From Candidatus Aminicenantes bacterium (lineage in GTDB: Bacteria > Acidobacteriota > Aminicenantia > Aminicenantales > JAFGBC01), in the NCBI GenBank assembly GCA_963702005.1, contig OY969696.1, positions 768,001 to 832,000 on the forward strand: 64,000 bases of DNA. Reading direction: 5' to 3'. This document shows, piece by piece, positions 57,100 through 64,000 of the stretch (within the stretch, counting starts at the first letter, position 1; the number at the start of each line of letters is the position of its first letter). Both the position numbers and the translations under genes were made by a program. The notes below the pieces were generated by a model. It was not told the DNA's origin. It ran no database searches and saw nothing but the letters and a program-made list of their open reading frames with translations.

Positions 57100-59445
57100 T
57101 CAGATAATACCCTTGAGGATCTCCATGGCGACCTGTTTGGCCTGCTCGCCGCTCTCCTTGGCCGGGCCGACGCAGGAGGGGCAGCCTTCGCGGCAGGGAC
57201 AGGCCGCGATCGTCTTGAGGCAGCGCTCGAACAGCGTCTTTTCCAGGGCGAACAGCGACGGGCTGAGGCCGACCCCCCCGGGAAAGTTGTCGTAGATGAA
57301 GATATTGGGCTCGAAGGTCTCGTCGAGGAAGACGGGCTCGGCGTCGGGCCGGGCGGCCCGGGCCGGGATCTCGCGGGGCGGGACGGACTCGCCCGAGGCG
57401 TTATCCCCGATCGAAACGCCGACGTCGTGGATGTCGCACATCATGAACAGCGGGGCGACGTTGTGGAGGATGTAGGCCAAGCCGAACAGTCCGTTGACCT
57501 TTTGCTCGGACGAGAAGGGAAGGCTGTGGAAGAGATCGGCCGGGACGGTGACCCAGTAGGCCGTTGTATGCATCTCGTTCTGAGGGAGGGCGAGGTCGCC
57601 GGCGCCGACGTTTTCCATGGTGTGGAACTTGATCTTTTTGAAGCCGACGACCTGGGTCGCGACGTGGACCTCGCCGTGGGTGATCCGGCAGCGGTCGAGC
57701 GGCTTGCTCTCGAAGGCGTCCAGGATCTTGATCTTGGTGTAGTCGATGGCGTCCGTGTAGTAATCGACGTCGGTCCGCTTGACGTAGGCCCGCCGCTCGG
57801 CGTAGTCCAAGTTTTCGACGAAGTACTGCTCGCCCTCGCAGATGTAGATGGCCTTGGGGTGGAGGGTGGTCAAGGCCGCGCCGAAATCGACCTCGGCGAT
57901 GACCTTGGCCTTATCGGTCGCGTCGACGACGACGAAGTTGTCCGAGCTGATGCTGCGCAGGCTGATGGCGTCGGCCGGGTAGGCGTCCGAGGTGTAGAAC
58001 CATTTATCCTGGGAATGGTGGACGAGATGCTCCTCCTCGAGGTAGGCCAGGATCTTCTCGACCTCCTTGGTCCCGAACGTTTCGCCCTTGCGGAAGGGGA
58101 GTTCGAAGGCCGCGCACTCGACGTGGCTGACCAGGATCGAGAGGTTGTCGGGATTGATCAGGGCCCGCTCCGGACTCCGCGAGAAGAAATAATCGGGATG
58201 GTTGACGATGAACTGATCGAGGGGCGCGCTCGAGGCGACCAGGACGGCCGCCGAGCGCCCCGTCTTGCGGCCGGCCCGGCCCGCCCGCTGCCAAGTCGAG
58301 GCGATCGAGCCCGGGTAGCCGGCCAGGACGGCCACGTCGAGGGAGCCGATGTCGATCCCCAGCTCGAGGGCGTTGGTCGAGACCACTCCCAGGATGCTCC
58401 CGTCGCGGAGGCCCTTCTCGATCTCGCGCCGCTTGAGGGGAAGATAGCCGCCCCGGTAGCCGCGGATGAGGCCCTGGTCCTTGACGGAGCGCTCCAGGTC
58501 CTCCTTGAGGTAGGTCACCAGGACTTCGGTCAGAAGGCGGCTGCGGGCGAACAGGATGGTCTGGAGGTTGTTCTTGAGGAAGATCGAGGCGACCCGCCGC
58601 GATTCGTTGACGTAGGAGCGCCGGATCCCCAGGTAGGGGTTGATGACGGGCGGCGTGTAGAAGATGAAGTATTTCTCGCCGCGCGGCGCGCCGTTGTCGT
58701 CGATGAGGGCGGCCGGCTCCTCGATCATTTTTTCGGCGAATTCGCCCGGGTTGGCGATGGTCGCCGTCGAGAGGATGAATTGCGGCTTGGAGCCGTAGAA
58801 GGCGGCGATCCGCTTGAGGCGGCGCAGGACGTTGGCCAGATGGCTCCCGAAGACGCCCCGGTAGTTGTGGAGCTCGTCGATGACGACGTACTTGAGGTTT
58901 TCGAAAAGCTTGATCCACTTGGTGTGGTGGGGAAGGATTCCGGCGTGGAGCATGTCGGGGTTGGTCAGGACGATGTGGCCGCGGGCTCGGATCGCCTTGC
59001 GGGCGTCCTGGGGCGTGTCGCCGTCGTAGGTGAAAATCCGGACCTCTCCGGGAAGGAGCTTGATCGTCTCGTCGAGCTCGGCCTTCTGGTCCTGGGCCAA
59101 GGCCTTGGTTGGGAAGAGGTAGAGGGCCCGGCTCGAGGGGTCGGTCAGGACGGCGTTGAGGACGGGGAGGTTGTAGCAGAGGGTCTTTCCCGAGGCCGTC
59201 GGCGTCACGACGACGATGTTTTTCCCCTCGCGCAGGGCCCGCCAGGAGGCGTGCTGATGGATGTAGAGACGATCGAAGCCTTTCCGCTTGAGGCCGTCGA
59301 CCAGCCCGGGATGGACGTCGTCCGGGTAGTCGAGGTAGCGGCCTTCCTGGGCGGGGATGTGCTTGATGGTCGTGATGGCGGATTCGCGGCCGCCGAGCTG
59401 TTGGAGGATGTCGAGGGATTTAAGGAGACTCTCTTCGCGGGACAT
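57100..59445 (-). CDS. DEAD/DEAH helicase with DUF1998 (MrfA/YprA/SftH-like)
   Basis: TPTASGKT, PTKALAQDQ, DELH, LELGIDIG, QRAGRAGR and C-terminal CPCREGCPSC. Confidence 0.92.
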   Translation of the reverse strand: MSREESLLKSLDILQQLGGRESAITTIKHIPAQEGRYLDYPDDVHPGLVDGLKRKGFDRLYIHQHASWRALREGKNIVVVTPTASGKTLCYNLPVLNAVLTDPSSRALYLFPTKALAQDQKAELDETIKLLPGEVRIFTYDGDTPQDARKAIRARGHIVLTNPDMLHAGILPHHTKWIKLFENLKYVVIDELHNYRGVFGSHLANVLRRLKRIAAFYGSKPQFILSTATIANPGEFAEKMIEEPAALIDDNGAPRGEKYFIFYTPPVINPYLGIRRSYVNESRRVASIFLKNNLQTILFARSRLLTEVLVTYLKEDLERSVKDQGLIRGYRGGYLPLKRREIEKGLRDGSILGVVSTNALELGIDIGSLDVAVLAGYPGSIASTWQRAGRAGRKTGRSAAVLVASSAPLDQFIVNHPDYFFSRSPERALINPDNLSILVSHVECAAFELPFRKGETFGTKEVEKILAYLEEEHLVHHSQDKWFYTSDAYPADAISLRSISSDNFVVVDATDKAKVIAEVDFGAALTTLHPKAIYICEGEQYFVENLDYAERRAYVKRTDVDYYTDAIDYTKIKILDAFESKPLDRCRITHGEVHVATQVVGFKKIKFHTMENVGAGDLALPQNEMHTTAYWVTVPADLFHSLPFSSEQKVNGLFGLAYILHNVAPLFMMCDIHDVGVSIGDNASGESVPPREIPARAARPDAEPVFLDETFEPNIFIYDNFPGGVGLSPSLFALEKTLFERCLKTIAACPCREGCPSCVGPAKESGEQAKQVAMEILKGII

Positions 59446-59501
59446 GGGGTGATTGCGCCTCTCGCGTTCATCGTAGCCGATAAAGATGCCTCGGTCAATC
59501 C

Positions 59502-59643
59502 GGGCCCAAGAAACGGGTCCTGTCGCGGCATACCCCCGCCGTCCTCACGAGACCCATCTTGGTCAGACGCAGTTGGTGGTATTGAGCATCAAACGTTGCG
59601 GGCGGTGGGGGGCCCCCAGCCGCGCCACCCGTTTCTCGGGCCC
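59502..59643. other. 142-bp element bounded by 17-bp inverted repeats
   Basis: GGGCCCAAGAAACGGGT ... ACCCGTTTCTCGGGCCC (16/17 match), with inner CGCGGC/GCCGCG pairing; sits between two divergent sigma70-like promoters. Confidence 0.6.
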
Positions 59644-59694
59644 ATAATTTGAGCCGGCGCGCGTGATCTGGTATCATGCGGGTCCGCTCCGAAT

Positions 59695-60375
59695 ATGATA
59701 AAAGAGAATAAGATCCGCCCCCGCCGCTTCGAGGCCGTCCTGTTCGACCTGGACGGAACGCTCCTCGACACGCTCGACGACATCGCCGGCACCATGAACC
59801 GGGTTCTCGGCGCCCGCGGCCTCCCCCGCTACGACAGAGATCACTATAAATATTTCGTCGGCGACGGGATCGAGGAGATGGTCAAGCGAACCCTCCATCC
59901 GACCGCGATCGGCGACGCCAAGGTGGCGGAGATCGTCGTCGAGTACCGCCGCGAATATAAGACGCACTGGGCGGACACCAGCCGGCCTTACCCGGGTGTC
60001 GCGGAAATGCTGCGGGGGGTCGAGGCCCGGGGGCTGAAGATGGCCGTCCTCTCCAATAAATCCCACCCCTTCACGACCCTTATGATCGAGTCCTTGCTGC
60101 CGGATTTCAAGTTCGACGCGGTCCGGGGCGCCATGCCCGACGTCCCCAACAAGCCCGATCCGGCCGCCGCCCTCCTCATCGCCCGCGAGATGGGGATCGC
60201 TCCCTCGAAATGCCTCTTTCTGGGCGACACCAACGTCGATATGAAGACGGCCCTGGCGGCCGGGATGTTCCCGGTCGGTGCCCTGTGGGGATTCCGGAGC
60301 GCCGAGGAGCTCCGCGATAACGGGGCGGCCGTCCTGATCGCCTCTCCGCCGGATCTGCTGGGCCTCTTGGAATAA
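59695..60375 (+). CDS. HAD-family hydrolase (phosphoglycolate phosphatase-like)
   Basis: FDLDGTLLDT, SNK, KPDP and GDTNVD. Confidence 0.92.
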   Translation: MIKENKIRPRRFEAVLFDLDGTLLDTLDDIAGTMNRVLGARGLPRYDRDHYKYFVGDGIEEMVKRTLHPTAIGDAKVAEIVVEYRREYKTHWADTSRPYPGVAEMLRGVEARGLKMAVLSNKSHPFTTLMIESLLPDFKFDAVRGAMPDVPNKPDPAAALLIAREMGIAPSKCLFLGDTNVDMKTALAAGMFPVGALWGFRSAEELRDNGAAVLIASPPDLLGLLE

Positions 60376-60509
60376 ATAAGCCTTCTAATAATTAGTGACA
60401 GACATCAATTTCCCCTTTAGATTTAGAACCTTTGCTGGACTCGTGCGTCTATGATGATGGATAGAATGAAACCGGAATCGGCCCGCGCAGAGAGCAAAGG
60501 CGGCCGCGG

Positions 60510-61076
60510 ATGAACGGCGGCGAGCGTAAGCGTCTCTTCGATGAGCTGTACCGCAAGCATACGACGGCCGTCTGGACCTACGCTCTCTACCTGGCCCGGG
60601 ACCGGACCGAGGCCGAAGACCTGTTCCAGGACGTCTGGCTCAGGGTTGTGGAGAAAATGGACGACATCGACCGGACCGAGAATGTGAAGGCGTGGCTCCT
60701 GGCCATCGTCGTCAACCTCCATCGGGACAGGCTGCGCCGGCTGAAGGTCCGCAGGCCGTTCCTGGCCGGGCAGTCCCGTCCCGACCTGGCGGCGGATGAA
60801 GGCGCGTCTTCCGGACACGGTCAAGACGCCTCCCTCGACCTGGAAAAGGCCGAGGCGGGGCGGGCCGTCCGAGAAGCGATCGACCGGCTGCCCGAGCGCC
60901 TCCGGAGCGTCTTCGTCCTCCGGGAAATCGAAGGCTGTCCCTACGTTGAAATTTGCCGGATCCTGAACATCCGCATGGGCACGGCCAAGTCCTTGATGTT
61001 CAGGGCGGTCCGGCGGCTGCGCCGGGACCTTGGATCCCTGGCGCCCCAGCATCGAACGGGGAGTGTCAACGCATGA
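60510..61076 (+). CDS. ECF RNA polymerase sigma factor
   Basis: AEDLFQDVW, WLLAI..N and region 4 LP...R.VFVLR...G..Y.EI...L....GT.KS. Confidence 0.92.
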   Translation: MNGGERKRLFDELYRKHTTAVWTYALYLARDRTEAEDLFQDVWLRVVEKMDDIDRTENVKAWLLAIVVNLHRDRLRRLKVRRPFLAGQSRPDLAADEGASSGHGQDASLDLEKAEAGRAVREAIDRLPERLRSVFVLREIEGCPYVEICRILNIRMGTAKSLMFRAVRRLRRDLGSLAPQHRTGSVNA

Positions 61077-61562
61077 AATGTCGAGATGTCGAACGATGGC
61101 TTGTCCTGGGGACCGATGAGGCCTTGGACGCCGACGGCCGCGACGCGCTCCGCGCCCATCTCGAGAAGCTGCTCCCGATGCGCGTCGCTCAAGGATGAGC
61201 TCGACGGGCTCCGGACGGGCCTGCCCCGGCGCGGAGATCGAGTCCCCCTGCCCCCGGCCGCCCTCCTCGAAAAGACGCGGCTGCGCTGCCTCGAACGATT
61301 GGACGCGCTGGAATCGAAGCCGGCCTCGGGGATCTCGCGCTCGAACGGAGCGTTCCGCCGCATTCCCCCCGCCGTCTGGGCCGCGACGGCCGGGCTGGTC
61401 TTTCTGACCGCGCTGATTCTCGTGCCGTTCTTCGGAGAGGTCCTCCTCTCCGAGCGCCTGTCCTATATCTCTTGGATCGGGCTCAGTTTCGTCGTTCAAA
61501 ACGTCCTCATGCTTATCGCCTCGCCCCTGCTCATCGGGAGATGGGGACGAGCGGAGAGCTAA
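61073..61562 (+). CDS. Zinc-finger (zf-HC2/ZAS) membrane anti-sigma factor, frameshifted at ~61165
   Basis: The ATG at 61073 overlaps the sigma stop and gives MKCRDVERWL...RAHLE. Removing one A from GAGAAGC gives HLESCSRC (HxxxCxxC), followed by two TM helices. Confidence 0.82.
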
Positions 61563-61598
61563 ATAAAGGAATAGAAAAAGCTATTAAGGAGGTCCGCC

Positions 61599-62144
61599 AT
61601 GACCGCTTCATCCGGAAGATCGCTCGGAATCGTCCTTTTGGTCCTCGTCGTCCTTCTGCTGGCCGTCCGTATGACGCCGCTCTTCCTGGTGCCGCTGGGG
61701 ATCTTCCCCGGCATCGCCCGGATCATCCGGCACACGGCCCCCGACCTTTCGGACACCCACCTCTTCCCCCACTGGTTCGCGACCTGGCCGCTGATATCGA
61801 TCCTGTCCTTGGCCATGCTCGTGCTCTGGATCTGCGTCATCATCTGGGTTTACCGCGACGCCGAGCGCCGCAACATGAACGGCGTCCTTTGGGCGCTTCT
61901 CGTCTTTTTCGGCAACCTGATCGGACTGCTGATCTATCTCATCGTGCGCTCGGACAATCGTCCGGCGGTCCAGGTCCAGCCCAAGGACGCGGGCGCGCCC
62001 TGCCCCTCCTGCCAGAAGCCCGTGGCCGGGGGGTATGCTTATTGTCCGCACTGCGGCGCGGCCCTGCGGACCGTCTGTCCGAGCTGCGCGAAGCCCGTCG
62101 AGAAGGACTGGAAGGCCTGCCCCTACTGCGGGAAGAAACTGTGA
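61599..62144 (+). CDS. Membrane protein with PLDc_N-like TM hairpin and double zinc ribbon
   Basis: WVYRDAERR and GLLIYLIVR; CPSC/CPHC/CPSC/CPYC. Confidence 0.85.
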   Translation: MTASSGRSLGIVLLVLVVLLLAVRMTPLFLVPLGIFPGIARIIRHTAPDLSDTHLFPHWFATWPLISILSLAMLVLWICVIIWVYRDAERRNMNGVLWALLVFFGNLIGLLIYLIVRSDNRPAVQVQPKDAGAPCPSCQKPVAGGYAYCPHCGAALRTVCPSCAKPVEKDWKACPYCGKKL

Positions 62145-62163
62145 ATTCTGCTACAATACAGGG

Positions 62164-64000
62164 ATGCTCGATGAGATCCTGATCAAGAAGGCCGCCCAGC
62201 ACAACCTCAAGCGGATCGACGTCGCCCTGCCCCGGAACCGCTTCATCGTCGTGACCGGCCCGAGCGGCTCCGGGAAATCGAGCCTGGCCTTCGACACCCT
62301 GTTCGCCGAGGGCCAGCGCCGCTACATCGAATGCCTGTCGGCCTACGCCCGCCAGTACATCGAGCAGGTCGAGAAACCCGACGTCGAGTCCATCCAGGGC
62401 CTGTCGCCGGCCATCTCGATCGATCAGAAGACGATCTCGTCCAATCCCCGCTCGACGGTCGGGACCGTGACCGAGATCTACGACCTGTTCCGCCTTCTCT
62501 TCGCCCGGGCCGGGACGCCCCACTGTCCCAGCTGCGGACGCGAGGTCAGCTCCCGGACGGCCGAGGACATCATCGGCCGCGTCGGCGAGATGGGCCCGGG
62601 CCGCAAGGTCCGGATCCTGGCGCCGGCCGTCCGGGGACGGAAGGGCGAGTACCAGAAGCTCTTCGACAAGTGGCGCAAGAAAGGATACCTCCGCGTCCGG
62701 GTCGACGGCAGGCTCCGGGAGCTCGGCGAGCCCATCCCCCTCCAGAAGACCAAGGCCCACACGATCGAGGTCCTGGTCGACGAGGTCAAGCTCGGCCCCG
62801 GCTCGGAGCGGCGGCTCCGCGAGGCGGTCCTCAAGGCCCTCGAGCTTTCCGGCGAAGACGTCGTCGTCATCGTCGAGAAGGGGAGCGCCATCGACGATGA
62901 CGACGGCGGGCGGGAGTCCTATTTCTCGCTCCGGCTCCTCTGCCCCGACTGCGAGGTCAGCCTTCCCGAGCTCGAGCCGCGCAACTTCTCGTTCAACACG
63001 CCCTACGGAGCCTGTCCACGCTGCCACGGGATCGGTTTCATGACGACCGTCGACGAGTGGGGCGATCTCGAGGTGACCGACGAAGCCTGTCCCGCCTGCG
63101 GCGGGCGCCGGCTCCGTCCCGAAAGCCTGGCCGTCAGGATCGGCGGGAGCAATATCCACGATCTCAGCGACCTCCCCGCCAGCCGCCTCCTCGAGCGCCT
63201 GTCGGCATTGACGTTCGAGCCGGCCCGGGAACGGGTCGCCTCGCCCATCCTGCGCGAGATCCGAACGCGCCTCGAGGTCATGGGCCAGCTCGGCATGCCC
63301 TACCTCCAGCTCAGCCGGACGTCGGGGTCGCTCTCCGGCGGCGAGGCCCAGCGGGTCCGGCTGGCCGCCCAGGTCGGCGCCCGGCTGCGCGGGATCCTCT
63401 ACGTCCTGGACGAGCCGACGATCGGCCTCCACCAGCGGGACAACGGCCGGCTCATCCGGCTCCTCAAGGAGATCCGCGATGACGGCAACACCCTGGTTGT
63501 CGTCGAACACGACGAGCAGACGATCCGGGCCGCCGATCACCTCCTCGACCTGGGGCCGGGCGCGGGCGAGCTCGGCGGCCGGGTCATGGCCCAAGGATCT
63601 CTGGCCGACGTCCTGGCCGTCTCCGAGTCCTTGACCGCCCAATACCTGCGGGCCGAAAAGTCCATCCCCGTCCCCGAGCGGAGGCGGGAGCCCAAGGGCT
63701 GGCTCGTCGTCCGCAACGCTCGCGAGCACAACCTCAAGGGGATCGATGTCCGGATCCCTCTCTCGGGACTAACGGTGATCACGGGCGTCTCGGGCTCGGG
63801 CAAAAGCACGCTCGTTTACGACATTCTCTACAAGCGGCTGCTCAACCACTTCTTCCGGGCCAAACAGACGCCGGGCGCCCACGACCGGATCGAGAACATC
63901 GACCTCATCGACAAAGTCGTCTCGGTCGACCAGAAGCCGATCGGACGGACCCCGCGTTCGAATCCCGCGACCTACACGGGCCTTTTCACGCCCCTCCGGG
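62164..64000 (+). CDS. uvrA: Excinuclease ABC subunit A (partial, runs off the window)
   Basis: HNLK, TGPSGSGKSSLAFDT..AEGQRRY, LSGGEAQR, LDEPTIGLH, and second Walker A GVSGSGKS. Confidence 0.97.
   Translation, partial: MLDEILIKKAAQHNLKRIDVALPRNRFIVVTGPSGSGKSSLAFDTLFAEGQRRYIECLSAYARQYIEQVEKPDVESIQGLSPAISIDQKTISSNPRSTVGTVTEIYDLFRLLFARAGTPHCPSCGREVSSRTAEDIIGRVGEMGPGRKVRILAPAVRGRKGEYQKLFDKWRKKGYLRVRVDGRLRELGEPIPLQKTKAHTIEVLVDEVKLGPGSERRLREAVLKALELSGEDVVVIVEKGSAIDDDDGGRESYFSLRLLCPDCEVSLPELEPRNFSFNTPYGACPRCHGIGFMTTVDEWGDLEVTDEACPACGGRRLRPESLAVRIGGSNIHDLSDLPASRLLERLSALTFEPARERVASPILREIRTRLEVMGQLGMPYLQLSRTSGSLSGGEAQRVRLAAQVGARLRGILYVLDEPTIGLHQRDNGRLIRLLKEIRDDGNTLVVVEHDEQTIRAADHLLDLGPGAGELGGRVMAQGSLADVLAVSESLTAQYLRAEKSIPVPERRREPKGWLVVRNAREHNLKGIDVRIPLSGLTVITGVSGSGKSTLVYDILYKRLLNHFFRAKQTPGAHDRIENIDLIDKVVSVDQKPIGRTPRSNPATYTGLFTPLR

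Noticed and set aside
57100-59445. DISARM/Druantia-type defence system from the DUF1998 helicase
   Set aside because: No partner defence genes are present; the architecture fits a stand-alone MrfA/SftH-type repair helicase.

Overview
High-GC, diderm bacterial chromosome segment. The Tol-Pal, Lpt, VWA and SBBP gene content resembles Acidobacteriota/Ca. Aminicenantes, but this is inference only. The left ~17 kb is accessory and selenium-centred. It holds a probable selD 3' end, selB (split by a 1-nt frameshift), tRNA-Sec (UCA) and a VapBC/FitAB pair, followed by an extracytoplasmic thiol-redox cluster: three TlpA-type thioredoxins, one fused to an outer-membrane barrel, plus a CD1871A-like CxxC peptide, a membrane 4Fe-4S protein and a small OM beta-barrel. 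The main discovery is two paralogous ~820-830 aa secreted BNR/Asp-box beta-propeller genes (4368-6833 and 12279-14771, both minus strand). The ORF track splits each in two, but each is one reading frame interrupted by a single TGA at the equivalent position (G-TGA-G). Each TGA is followed by a near-identical 8-bp hairpin with a GGUC loop that shows a compensatory base change, i.e. a bacterial SECIS. They look like an unannotated family of secreted selenoproteins embedded in a trans-envelope redox system. The rest is mostly housekeeping: a Btu-like ABC importer, leuS-lptE-holA, rpsT, dtd, a YtrA/GntR-ABC operon, ribD/E/BA, ftsY, recJ, lptCA-lptB-rpoN-hpf-ptsN-hprK-rapZ-PTS, ssb, tolQRAB-pal-cpoB, two SBBP proteins, a low-GC B12 radical SAM gene, a DUF1998 helicase, an ECF sigma/anti-sigma pair and a uvrA lacking its insertion domain. 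There are also several structured intergenic elements and three single-base frameshifts that are probably assembly errors.
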